From Dehalococcoidia bacterium (GTDB taxonomy: Bacteria; Chloroflexota; Dehalococcoidia; Lucifugimonadales; UBA3495): DNA of 64,000 nt. Below are positions 29,245 through 37,994 of the stretch, piece after piece. The notes under the pieces were generated by a model. The model saw only the letters and a list, made by a program, of their open reading frames with translations. It searched no databases and was not told where the DNA came from. The DNA is taken from the NCBI GenBank assembly GCA_965221385.1, contig OZ244885.1, positions 2,325,314-2,389,313 on the forward strand, written 5' to 3'. Position 1 is the stretch's first letter. Every line of letters starts with the position of its first letter. Position numbers and translations under genes: made by a program.

Positions 29245-29848
29245 GTAGGGGCGCACAGCCGTGCGCCCCTGCCTCCATCAACAACCCTCCAATCCATACT
29301 CCCCATGTCTGTCATTCCGAGCGACAGCCGAGGAATCCCAACCGAGGGGGGAAACCTTCCTTCCTAAACCCAGCCTCCCATGTCTGTCATTCCGAGCCAC
29401 AGCCGAGGAATCCCAATCGTGCGGGGGAAACCTTCCTTTCTACACCCAGTCCTCCTAGCCTGTCATTCCGAGCGACAGCCGAGGAATCCCAACCGTGCGG
29501 GCCAGCCTTCCCTGCCACGCCCAGCTCCCCATGTCTGTCATTCCGAGCGACAGCCGAGGAATCCCAACCGAGGGGGGAAACCTTCCTTCCTAAACCCAGC
29601 CTCCCATGTCTGTCATTCCGAGCGGCAGCCGAGGAATCCCAACCGAGGGGGGAACCTTTCTTCCTACACCCAGCCTCCCATGTCTGTCATTCCGAGCGGC
29701 AGCCGAGGAATCCCAACCGTGCGGGGGCACCATCATTGCCCTACCCTGCCCCTCTCGCCCCTTCCGAGGAAAAGGCTCCGTTGGTTTGTACAGGTATGGA
29801 ATGGTTGACGGGCGCCGTTGGGATTCCTCGGCTGCCGCTCGGAATGAC
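29245..29848. repeat. Repeat cluster 4: P palindrome, six direct 75-bp units, one inverted core
   Basis: P at 29245-29272 (one mismatch). 32-nt cores start at 29311, 29386, 29462, 29537, 29612 and 29686 (period 74-76). An inverted core lies at 29817-29848. Confidence 0.9.
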
Positions 29849-29945
29849 AGACAAGGGGGGCTGGGAAGGGCAAGAAGGGATGGATGGTCGACGGGTGCGT
29901 TTGGGCATCCCCTTACACCCGCATTGGGCCAGAGTGGACGCAGTC

Positions 29946-32519
29946 CTAAACGGGGGAGTTCCGTAGCCGCAGGGAGTTGCTGACCACGGTTACGGAACTG
30001 AAGGCCATGGCCAGGGCCGCCAGCACCGGATTGAGGAATCCCCGGTCCCCGAAGAAGAACTCCAGCCCGGTGGGTACGCTGCCCATTGCCGCAAATACCG
30101 GGAATAGTACCCCCGCCGCAACCGGAATGAGCATCACGTTGTAGAAGAAGGCCCAAAACAGGTTCTGTTTGATGGCCCGCATGGTTTGGCGGCTCAACCG
30201 CAGAGCGGTAATCACGCTGGCCACGTCATTGCCCATCAGCGTAATGTCCGCCGATTCCATGGCCACGTCGGCGCCGGCGCCCATGGCCATGCCCACGTCG
30301 GCCTGCACCAGGGCCGGAGCATCGTTGATGCCGTCTCCCACCATGGCCACCACCCGTCCCTCCGCCTGGAGCCGTCGTACAACCTCCACCTTGTCTGCCG
30401 GGAGCGTTTCGGCCTCCACCCGGTCAATGCCCATGTCTCCGGCAATGTGCCGCGCGGTCTGCCAATTGTCCCCGGTGAGCATCACCGGTTCCAGCCCCAA
30501 TTCCAGCAGGCGGGCAACGGATTCCCTGGAATCGGGCTTGGGAGAATCGGCCAGGGCAATGGCGCCCAGGGTCACCCCGTCCCGGGCCAATACCACGGGC
30601 GTCTTCCCCTGGTTGGACAGGCGCTCCAACTCCGGCATGAGCTGATCCACGTCAATGCCCCGTTCCGCCAGCAGGTCGGGCCTTCCCAGGAGGACTTTGG
30701 AGCCTTCTGCCGTGCCGGTGACGCCCTGGCCGGGGAGGGCCGCGAAGTCTGTTACCTGGGAGCGGACAATTCCCTGGCATTCGGCCTCGGCGACGATGGC
30801 GAGGGCCAGGGGGTGTTCCGAACCATACTCCACGCTGGCGGCCAGACGAAGCAGCTCCCGTTCCTTGGCTCCGTCCTTGCCATCCCCTTCCTCCGGACGA
30901 CCCGGAGGGGCCGCAACCACCACGTCGGTAACCACCGGCCTGCCCTCGGTGAGGGTGCCGGTCTTGTCCAGAACAACCGTATCCACCCGGTGGGCGGTTT
31001 CCAGGGCCTGGGCGCTGCGAATCAGGATGCCCCTTTCCGCGCCCTTGCCGGCGCCGACGATTATGGCGGTCGGCGTGGCCAGACCCAGGGCGCAGGGACA
31101 GGCAATTATCAACACAGCCACCAGGGTCAGGAGGGCATAGGTCAGGGCAGGTTCGGGGCCGAGGAGGAGCCAGAACAGGAAGGTAGCCACGGCCACCGCC
31201 CCCACCGCCGGCACAAACACCGAGGCCACCCGGTCCGCCATGCGCTGAATCGGCGCGCGGCTTCCCTGGGCCTCCTCCACCAGCCGGATAATCTGGGCCA
31301 GGGCCGTTTCCCGTCCCACCCTGGTGGCCTGGAAGCGAAGGTAGCCGGGGCCATTCAGAGTGGCTCCATATACCGGGTCTCCTGGCCGCTTCTCCACGGG
31401 CATGCTCTCGCCCGTGAGCATGGACTCATCGACGGCTGACGTGCCCTCGACGACCTGGCCGTCGGTGGGCAGGCGTTCGCCGGGGCGCACCGCCACGATG
31501 TCGTCCACCACCAGATCGGCAATGGGCGTTTCCACCTCTACGCCGTTCCGTACCACCCGCGCAGTGTCTGGCTGCAGGCCCATCAGACGGCGGATGGCTT
31601 CCGAGGTCTTGCCACGGGCGCGAGCCTCAAGAAAGCGCCCCAGCAGTATCAGTCCGATAATCAGCGCAGCGGTGTCGAAATAGACGGCCGAACCAATTCC
31701 CTGGCTCTCCAGCCAGGCCGGGCTGATGGCGCCGAGCGTCGTAATGACCGCGCTGTAGCCGTAAGCCACCGAGGAACCTAGGGCGACCAGGGTGTGCATG
31801 TTGGCCGTTCCGTGCCGCAGGGCCGGTATGCCCGAAGCGTAGAAGGGCCAGCCCGCCCAGAACTGCACGGGGGTGGCCAGCGCCCAGAGGACCCAGGGCC
31901 AGACTGCCCAAGAACCAACTTGCAGCCCGTTCAGGAAATCGGCCCAGGGCAGGGCATGGAAGGAACCCAACAGCAGGATGATGCCCGCAGTGACGGCAAA
32001 GGCGCACCGGTTGCGGAAGTAGCGTATCTCTTCGGTGCGGGCCAGCCTCTCCAGTTCGGCGTTGGTGTCCGTCCCGTCGCCTTCCACCCCGTCCAGCCGG
32101 TAACCGCTGTCCTCCAGGGCTTCGCGGAACTGGGGTATGTCGGCCAGGCCGGGGATGTAGGCTACTCGCGCCCGTTCCGTGGCCAGGTTAACGGCGGCCT
32201 CGGTTACGCCGGGTACTCGGAGCAGGGCGTGTTCAACGTGGCTGACGCAGGCAGTACAGGTCATGCCGCCCACCGTCAGGGTGGTGTCAATGGTGCCAAC
32301 CCGGTACCCGGCATCCTCGACGGAGTTCAGCAGGGAGTCCAGAGGCATTGAATCCGGCGCCAGCGTAACGGTCGCCCTCTCGGTGGCCAGGTTCACGGCC
32401 GCCGAAACCACGCCGGGCGTATCTCGCAGGGCGTTTTCCACGTGGCTGACACAGGCGGTGCAGGTCATGCCCCGGATGGGCAGGGAAATTTGGTGGCCCT
32501 GGCCTTGCGCTTCAGTCAT
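29946..32519 (-). CDS. copA: Copper-translocating P1B-type ATPase
   Basis: 857 aa. Two N-terminal HMA domains ([12 protein letters not shown] twice), CPC motif ([13 protein letters not shown]), DKTGT and GDGINDAP. Confidence 0.92.
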   Translation of the reverse strand: MTEAQGQGHQISLPIRGMTCTACVSHVENALRDTPGVVSAAVNLATERATVTLAPDSMPLDSLLNSVEDAGYRVGTIDTTLTVGGMTCTACVSHVEHALLRVPGVTEAAVNLATERARVAYIPGLADIPQFREALEDSGYRLDGVEGDGTDTNAELERLARTEEIRYFRNRCAFAVTAGIILLLGSFHALPWADFLNGLQVGSWAVWPWVLWALATPVQFWAGWPFYASGIPALRHGTANMHTLVALGSSVAYGYSAVITTLGAISPAWLESQGIGSAVYFDTAALIIGLILLGRFLEARARGKTSEAIRRLMGLQPDTARVVRNGVEVETPIADLVVDDIVAVRPGERLPTDGQVVEGTSAVDESMLTGESMPVEKRPGDPVYGATLNGPGYLRFQATRVGRETALAQIIRLVEEAQGSRAPIQRMADRVASVFVPAVGAVAVATFLFWLLLGPEPALTYALLTLVAVLIIACPCALGLATPTAIIVGAGKGAERGILIRSAQALETAHRVDTVVLDKTGTLTEGRPVVTDVVVAAPPGRPEEGDGKDGAKERELLRLAASVEYGSEHPLALAIVAEAECQGIVRSQVTDFAALPGQGVTGTAEGSKVLLGRPDLLAERGIDVDQLMPELERLSNQGKTPVVLARDGVTLGAIALADSPKPDSRESVARLLELGLEPVMLTGDNWQTARHIAGDMGIDRVEAETLPADKVEVVRRLQAEGRVVAMVGDGINDAPALVQADVGMAMGAGADVAMESADITLMGNDVASVITALRLSRQTMRAIKQNLFWAFFYNVMLIPVAAGVLFPVFAAMGSVPTGLEFFFGDRGFLNPVLAALAMAFSSVTVVSNSLRLRNSPV

Positions 32520-32724
32520 GGCGGTCCTTCATAGCGATCCTTGCCCCGTGATTATCTATCTGGTACAAATCTCGGCTGGTACGAAGGCCGGCGGTTTGCC
32601 AATTGCGCCCGGCCCTCACCAACTGAGAGTCTGTATTATAAGGCACTGGCAACAGATGGGAAATTCCAGTGGAGGGCATGGGGTGGGCGCCTTTCCTGCT
32701 CGGCCCTGGCGGCAAACACAACGA

Positions 32725-32753
32725 GAACGCCCCCGGCACGTCCGGGGGCGTTC
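32725..32753 (-). terminator. Hairpin terminator between small ORF C and copA (potentially bidirectional)
   Basis: GAACGCCCCCGG (32725-32736) / CCGGGGGCGTTC (32742-32753): 12-bp stem. The minus-strand tail is TCGTTGTGTTTG. It lies 45 nt past the stop at 32798. Confidence 0.55.
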
Positions 32754-32797
32754 GTTTGCGGGGTACGGCCCTTGCGGTTTTGGTCAGGGTTAGGATT

Positions 32798-32995
32798 CTA
32801 ACTGTAGGTGAAGTACCGGACACCCGCAAATGGCATCGAATAACTCCAGGTGGCAGTCTTGGGTTCAATGGCCTGTGCCTTGGCTGCCTCCGCTTCATTG
32901 GCGGCGTCCAATATCTCGGCCACCTGCTCGTTGAGCTTCTGTTCCAACTCGCGATCGATTTCCTTAATCTCCTGCTGAACTACCAACATAGTCAT
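32798..32995 (-). CDS. Small hypothetical protein C (65 aa), acidic helical N-terminus with aromatic C-terminal tail
   Basis: ATG 32995 has AAAGGAGG with GGAGG 7 nt upstream. It has its own promoter and terminator. Sequence: MTMLVVQQEIKEIDRELEQKLNEQVAEILDAANEAEAAKAQAIEPKTATWSYSMPFAGVRYFTYS. Confidence 0.55.
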   Translation of the reverse strand: MTMLVVQQEIKEIDRELEQKLNEQVAEILDAANEAEAAKAQAIEPKTATWSYSMPFAGVRYFTYS

Positions 32996-33096
32996 TACGC
33001 CACCTCCTTTTCTGTAGGCAACCCGAGACTCTATCGTAGTTCTCAGGGTTCGCCGTGTTGCCGGGCATCCGAATCCCGGTCGTTATTGTGAGGTAG

Positions 33097-33125
33097 ATAT
33101 TACACCTTGATATTAACCGTGTCAA
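33097..33125 (-). promoter_or_regulatory. Near-consensus promoter for small ORF C
   Basis: Minus strand: TTGACA (33125-33120), 17 nt, TAATAT (33102-33097). It is followed by a structured 5' UTR of about 100 nt. Confidence 0.5.
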
Positions 33126-33364
33126 GTGCTATTACCCCAAAGGCACCAGAATGAGTTGTCAACAATAACTCAATGGTGAAAACTTTCACCATGTCAACCT
33201 GCAGCTGGCCGGGGCGCACAGTATGGTCACTCCTTCCCTAGCCCGACGTTCCATCGTGTCCACACCCGGTATAGCCCTCTTCCTTCGCTGCCGGCTTTCT
33301 TGTTGCGGCTTGCGGTGAAGGGATTCCTCGGGTTCCCACAGAACCAGTTCTGTCCAAATGGAAA

Positions 33365-33390
33365 TGCCCCCGCCGCTGCCGGCAGGGGCA
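33365..33390 (-). terminator. Intrinsic terminator after small ORF A
   Basis: Minus strand: TGCCCCTGCCG-GCAG-CGGCGGGGGCA, an 11-bp stem including one G-U pair, followed by TTTCCATTTGG. Confidence 0.55.
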
Positions 33391-33416
33391 TTGCATTGCG
33401 CCAATTCGCGAGGGGG

Positions 33417-33605
33417 TTAGTCGCCGAAACCTCCGGTTTCCAGCTCCAGTTCCCGGTGGGACCGTTCCAGTTCCCGCTGGGTGCGCTGTTGATCGGTCAT
33501 TCCGGGGCCGGCGGCCCAGGCGTAGGCGACGATGACGCTGTGGGCGATGCGCTCCATGATGTTCACGGTGGCGCTGGCATTGATGTTTTCAGTATTGTTG
33601 GTCAT
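33417..33605 (-). CDS. Small hypothetical protein A (62 aa), paralog of B
   Basis: ATG 33605 with AGGAGGA 7 nt upstream. It shares W30-x2-G-P-x-M-[ST]-[DE]-Q-x-R-x2-R-x-L with ORF B at identical positions. Confidence 0.55.
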   Translation of the reverse strand: MTNNTENINASATVNIMERIAHSVIVAYAWAAGPGMTDQQRTQRELERSHRELELETGGFGD

Positions 33606-33649
33606 TCCTGGTTCCTCCTGTTTGAAGATTTACCATCAACGTACCCGTC

Positions 33650-33835
33650 CTATAGGTGGAGGGCGCTGACGTCGTGCTTAAGGTTTCGGACCTCGGCAAG
33701 ATCGCGTTCCTGCCGCTCCTGCTCCGACATGGCGGGACCGCTCAGCCAGTTGAGGGCCGTTCCCAGGTTGCGGGCCGCGCGACCCACGACACCCTCCTGG
33801 TTGTGGTCCAGGTGTAGTGACAGATGTACTTGCAT
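33650..33835 (-). CDS. Small hypothetical protein B (61 aa), paralog of A
   Basis: Track ORF trimmed to ATG 33835, which has AAGGAGG 6 nt upstream. The N-terminus MQVHLSLHLDH is His-rich. Confidence 0.55.
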   Translation of the reverse strand: MQVHLSLHLDHNQEGVVGRAARNLGTALNWLSGPAMSEQERQERDLAEVRNLKHDVSALHL

Positions 33836-33895
33836 TGGTTGCCTCCTTGTTACCGCCAAATGGTGAATATTGGCGCTGATTTACTATTTGATAAT

Positions 33896-33924
33896 ATGAT
33901 ACAACGACCTGATTATCTTGTCAA
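33896..33924 (-). promoter_or_regulatory. Near-consensus promoter for the B-A small-ORF pair
   Basis: Minus strand: TTGACA (33924-33919), 17 nt, TATCAT (33901-33896), in an AT-rich patch. Confidence 0.55.
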
Positions 33925-34045
33925 GCAATAAAACAGTGATTTTACTATTGTTCTGGGAAATAACTTTTTGGGCATTTTCGGGGGCTTCCCACTCCCTCCC
34001 CCTATGGGAGACGACAGCAGGGCCGGCCAAATCACAAAACAAAGA

Positions 34046-34066
34046 GGATGGGCTTTGGGCCCATCC
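34046..34066 (-). terminator. Intrinsic terminator after the LLM oxidoreductase gene
   Basis: Minus strand: GGATGGGC-CCAAA-GCCCATCC followed by TCTTTGTTTTGTGATTT. Confidence 0.65.
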
Positions 34067-34134
34067 CCCATGCTTGCAACCTCACGAAACGCCGAATCCT
34101 GGCGGCGCCCCACGTTCCCTTCCTTATTTGTATG

Positions 34135-35037
34135 CTACCAGTCGCCCATGCCTCCCAGGGCATCCCGGAAGCGGACAATGGCGTCAATATGCTGCTCCAC
34201 TCCCTCCAGACCACCGCGCCGGGCCTCCACGGTAATGCTGGCGGCTCCCAGTTCCCGCCAACCCCTTGCTTCGTCCACCCAGTCCTCGGGCTGCTTGTCG
34301 TCTATGCGGATGCGCCCCTCAATCCCCACCTCCGTCGGGTCCCGCCCGGCGGCCCGGATGTGCTCTCGCAACTGGGCAATTGCCTCCCGCCCCGGACCGT
34401 CCGGGGGAAAGTTGGGGAACCATCCGTCGGAGATGGTGGCAATGCGGTTCAGGACCGGGTCAGGGGGCAGCGGACTGGCGCTGCTGCCGGCACCCAGCCA
34501 AACGGGTATGGGTCGCTGCACCGGCAGGGGATTCAAGCCGGCGTTGTCCACCCGGTGCCAGCGACCATGAAAATCCACCACCTCCTTGGTCCATAGCTCC
34601 CGCAACAGGGCAATCTGCTCCTCGCTGCGGCGGCCTCGGTCCCGGAAGTTGCGGTTCAGGGCCTGGTACTCCACGTGATTCCATCCCACGCCGATGCCCA
34701 GACGCAGGCGTCCGCCGCTTAGCACATCCACCTCCGCCGCCTGCTTGGCCACCAGCGCCGTGGCCCGCTGGGGGAGGATCAGGATCCCCGTGGTAAGGCC
34801 GATGCGCCGGGTGATGGCGGCCAGGTATCCCATGAGGGTGAAGGACTCGTGGATGACGCTGCGATGGGTGTAGTAGCCGCCGGCCACGTGGTCATGGTGG
34901 TCTGCGCTGGCCCCCAGAACGTGGTCGGCGATGAAGAGGTGGGAATAGCCCAGTTCCTCGGCGGCCTGGGCGTACTCCCGTATGGCCCCCGGGTCGGAAC
35001 CGATTTCAGTTTGTGGGAAGATGGCGCCGATTTGCAT
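34135..35037 (-). CDS. LLM class (luciferase-like) F420-dependent oxidoreductase
   Basis: 300 aa. The N-terminus MQIGAIFPQTEIGSDPGAIREYAQAAEELGYSHLFIADHV is typical of this class. Confidence 0.85.
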   Translation of the reverse strand: MQIGAIFPQTEIGSDPGAIREYAQAAEELGYSHLFIADHVLGASADHHDHVAGGYYTHRSVIHESFTLMGYLAAITRRIGLTTGILILPQRATALVAKQAAEVDVLSGGRLRLGIGVGWNHVEYQALNRNFRDRGRRSEEQIALLRELWTKEVVDFHGRWHRVDNAGLNPLPVQRPIPVWLGAGSSASPLPPDPVLNRIATISDGWFPNFPPDGPGREAIAQLREHIRAAGRDPTEVGIEGRIRIDDKQPEDWVDEARGWRELGAASITVEARRGGLEGVEQHIDAIVRFRDALGGMGDW

Positions 35038-35166
35038 AATGCTCCTGTATGGTGCCGGCCTTTAGCGTTATCCCGTGAATTATGACGGTCAGTCGTATGG
35101 AATGCTTGGGAACTCCCCACCTTGCTCCATCAAGGGTCCCCCACCAAGGGCTTCGGGGCGCCGTTG

Positions 35167-36186
35167 TTAACGCCGCCGGTATTCGTCCCCGCAGTCGCCG
35201 ATATATTCCAGCAGATTTCGGCCCCTAGACGTTACCGCCTCGATGGCCGCCTCATCCTCGGAATCCAGGGTTAGCCCAAAGACACGGGCGTTATCCTCCC
35301 GGTGGTGGCTGATGCCCAACCGGACACCGGCGATAACCCCTGCCACGGCCGGCCGGTCCAGGATGAACCGGGTGGCCACGTTGGCGATGCTGACACCATG
35401 CTTTGCGGCGGTGGCGTTCAGGGCGCTCAGGAGTTCTTGGAAGAGGGTCCAGCCACCCCAGGCGTCGATCATCTGCTTGTACTTCTTCAGGCTGGCGGTG
35501 TCCAGGGTGATGGCCGTCGGTTCCGGCAGACCCAGGTACTTCGCCGAAAGCAGCCCGCCGCACAGGGTGCCGTAGGTAAGTAGGTGGATGCCGTTGGCCT
35601 GGCAATAGGGAGCCATCATGGCGGCGGGACGCAGGTCCACCAGGGAGAACTGAACCTGGTTGGAAACCACGCGAATGCCGTTCTCCACAATGGTCTTCAG
35701 GCGCTCGGTGTCAAAATTCGTCAGACCCAGGTGGCGAATCTTGCCGGCGTCCCGCAGATCGGAAAGATGCCCCAGGGCTTCCAGGTAGCGGGGATCGTCA
35801 TAGTCCCACCAGTGGAACTGCAGCAGGTCCAGGCAGTCCACGTCCATGCGCCGGAGCGAAACGTCCACATTGCTCTCGACAATCTCCCGGGTCATTGGGC
35901 CCGGTCGGGGAACCCACTTGGTGAACGCCTGTATCTCGGCCAGGGCCGCCTCTCCCCTTTCAGCGGCCAGCCGGCGGCGGAACTCCCCTATGAAATCCTC
36001 GGCGGGGCCGTAGTGGTCGGCCAGGTCCCAGGTGGTAAAGCCGGCGTCGTGAAACTCCAGCATACTGTTCAGGGCCGAGGTGGGGTCGATCCTGCCGTGG
36101 GCGCCGGAAACCTGCCAGAGTCCGTTTAGCAGACGGCAGATGTCCAGGTCGTGGGAAAAGGCAAAGGCGCCTCCCGAAATATTCAT
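35167..36186 (-). CDS. Aldo/keto reductase
   Basis: Start moved to ATG 36186 (GGGAGG upstream). AKR motifs FTTWDLADHYG and LGLTNF. Confidence 0.85.
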   Translation of the reverse strand: MNISGGAFAFSHDLDICRLLNGLWQVSGAHGRIDPTSALNSMLEFHDAGFTTWDLADHYGPAEDFIGEFRRRLAAERGEAALAEIQAFTKWVPRPGPMTREIVESNVDVSLRRMDVDCLDLLQFHWWDYDDPRYLEALGHLSDLRDAGKIRHLGLTNFDTERLKTIVENGIRVVSNQVQFSLVDLRPAAMMAPYCQANGIHLLTYGTLCGGLLSAKYLGLPEPTAITLDTASLKKYKQMIDAWGGWTLFQELLSALNATAAKHGVSIANVATRFILDRPAVAGVIAGVRLGISHHREDNARVFGLTLDSEDEAAIEAVTSRGRNLLEYIGDCGDEYRRR

Positions 36187-36339
36187 GGGACTGAACCTCC
36201 CGTAGCCGCCCGGATTTTGGTCATTATATAACGCCCGCCATCCGTCGGTGTGGTACATTACCCAGTGGAATTTGCCATCAGATGAGGAAAATGCCCCCCT
36301 TGAAGCGGATGGGCCTACGAACTGTACAGGAGGTTCCCC

Positions 36340-37443
36340 ATGTCAACTGCGCCGGAGAAGATTCGCCTGGGCATTATTGGCGCCAACATCCACCTGGGGT
36401 GGGCGCCCCGCTCGCACCTGCCCGCGGTGGCGGCCAGCCCGGAGTTTGAACTGACGGCCGTTTGCACCACCCGCATGGAGAGCGCGGAGGAGTCGGCCCG
36501 CGCCTTCGGGGCCAAAATGGCCTTCGACAACTACCAGGACCTGATCGACCACCCGGACATCGATGCGGTGGCGGTGGTGCTGCGGGTTCCCTCTCACTAT
36601 GAACCCACTATGGCGGCACTGAAGGCCGGCAAGCACGTCTATACCGAATGGCCCCTGGGCCAAACCACCAACCAGGCTCAGGAAATGGCTGACCTGGCCC
36701 GGCAGAAAGGAGTGAGAAACCTGGTCGGCCTTCAGGCGCGGGAAGCCCCAGCCATCAAGTACCTGAAGGAACTGGTGGAACAGGGCTACGTGGGCGATGT
36801 GCTTTCCTGCCACCTCAGCCTGGTTCGGGGTGGGTCCCAGCAACGACACTCCACCCGAACCTGGCAACGGGATAATGAGCTGGGCGCCCATACCCTGACC
36901 ATCGCCTGCGGCCACAGCATCGATGCCCTGAGCCATGTGGTGGGCGAGTTCAGCCACGTTTCCGGCGTGGTGTCCACGCAAACCAGGGAATGGTACGAAA
37001 CCGATACCGACCGGCATCTGCCCGTAACCTCACCGGACAACATCCTGGTCAGCGGGCGACTGAAGGACGGGGGTGTGGCTTCGGTGCACGTGGCCAGCAA
37101 CCCCTGGGCCGGCAGCGGCCTGAGGATGGAAATCTACGGTACCGAGGGCACCCTGGCGGCCACGTCGGTCGATTCGCCCCAGCTGCGGGAGATGGACATC
37201 AGCGGGGTGCAGGGGCTGGGGGAATTGCAGCCCATGGCGATACCCGACCGCTTCGTCAACGTGCTGGAGAGTATGCCCAGGGGAGAGGCCTTCAACGTCG
37301 GGCAGATGTACTACCAGTTCGGCCATGCGATACGTTCGGGCCAGGACTGCCAGCCTGACTTCGCCACCGCGGTCAAGCTGCACCACCTGGTGGACGCCAT
37401 CCGCCAGGCCTCCGATGAGGGCAGAGAGGTACCCGTGAGATAG
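36340..37443 (+). CDS. Gfo/Idh/MocA family oxidoreductase
   Basis: 367 aa. Rossmann N-terminus IRLGIIGAN and the EWPL motif (KHVYTEWPL). Confidence 0.85.
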   Translation: MSTAPEKIRLGIIGANIHLGWAPRSHLPAVAASPEFELTAVCTTRMESAEESARAFGAKMAFDNYQDLIDHPDIDAVAVVLRVPSHYEPTMAALKAGKHVYTEWPLGQTTNQAQEMADLARQKGVRNLVGLQAREAPAIKYLKELVEQGYVGDVLSCHLSLVRGGSQQRHSTRTWQRDNELGAHTLTIACGHSIDALSHVVGEFSHVSGVVSTQTREWYETDTDRHLPVTSPDNILVSGRLKDGGVASVHVASNPWAGSGLRMEIYGTEGTLAATSVDSPQLREMDISGVQGLGELQPMAIPDRFVNVLESMPRGEAFNVGQMYYQFGHAIRSGQDCQPDFATAVKLHHLVDAIRQASDEGREVPVR

Positions 37444-37605
37444 AAGTGACAGCAGTGCTGCCATCGCAGAGGAGCTCGCGGTAGTCCGCAACGGTTACCA
37501 CAGCGGACCAGGCGCCGGACTCGGATGCGAGCTTGCACCTGTCAGCCGGATTGAGGAAGGCTACCAATAGTTAGTGGGAACAAAAGCAGGAATGGAGGAA
37601 CAAAC

Positions 37606-37926
37606 ATGGTTTATGATTTTCGGCAGTACACCTTCAAGCCCGGGGCCATACCCGATTACATGAAGGCGGTGGAGGAACTCTCCATACCCATTCGCGCCAA
37701 GTATGGAGTCAAGTTGGCCGGCTGGTACTACAGCGAGGTGGGGGAACTGAACCAGGTGGTGCACATCTGGGCCTATCGGGACTATGAGCATTTCGACGAG
37801 GCCAAGGCCCAGGTGGCCCGGGACCCGGACTGGACCGGCAAGTATCTGCCGGCGGTTCGCGGTCTCATCGTCAATCAGAAAACGTGGTTAATGCTGTCAC
37901 CGGACTTCGCCCCGCAGCCGGCGTAG
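37606..37926 (+). CDS. NIPSNAP family protein
   Basis: 106 aa. MVYDFRQYTFKPG..GWYYSEVGELNQVVHIWAY is the NIPSNAP pattern. Confidence 0.8.
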   Translation: MVYDFRQYTFKPGAIPDYMKAVEELSIPIRAKYGVKLAGWYYSEVGELNQVVHIWAYRDYEHFDEAKAQVARDPDWTGKYLPAVRGLIVNQKTWLMLSPDFAPQPA

Positions 37927-37994
37927 GGTCCTCGCTGCGAAGGATTCGACCCGGCCAGTGCGCCGGGTCTCTGGTAAGGCCGGGCCGACTCCGG

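Noticed and set aside
29311-29717. CRISPR array (32-nt repeats, 42-44 nt spacers, six copies)
   Set aside because: The spacers are homologous to one another, and two are identical. The same core occurs inverted 100 bp away and at four other loci. There are no cas genes or leader in the 64 kb. It behaves as a tandem or interspersed repeat, not an adaptive array.
29380-29808. ORFs reading through the repeat arrays (for example 29380-29808, 4327-4908, 19863-20414, 21095-21430)
   Set aside because: Their peptides are periodic translations of the repeat units (VIPSxSRGIP, SFRAxAEESQP). They have no start signals, and equivalent ORFs appear on both strands.
32798-32995. RiPP biosynthetic cluster around small ORF C
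   Set aside because: No maturase, protease or dedicated exporter gene is adjacent. The neighbours are copA and unrelated oxidoreductases with their own terminators. It is kept only as a low-weight hypothesis in the findings.
33186-33404. 72-aa minus-strand ORF between small ORFs A and C
   Set aside because: It starts upstream of and runs through the terminator hairpin of ORF A. It has no SD and contains a repeat-core relic. It is most likely non-coding.
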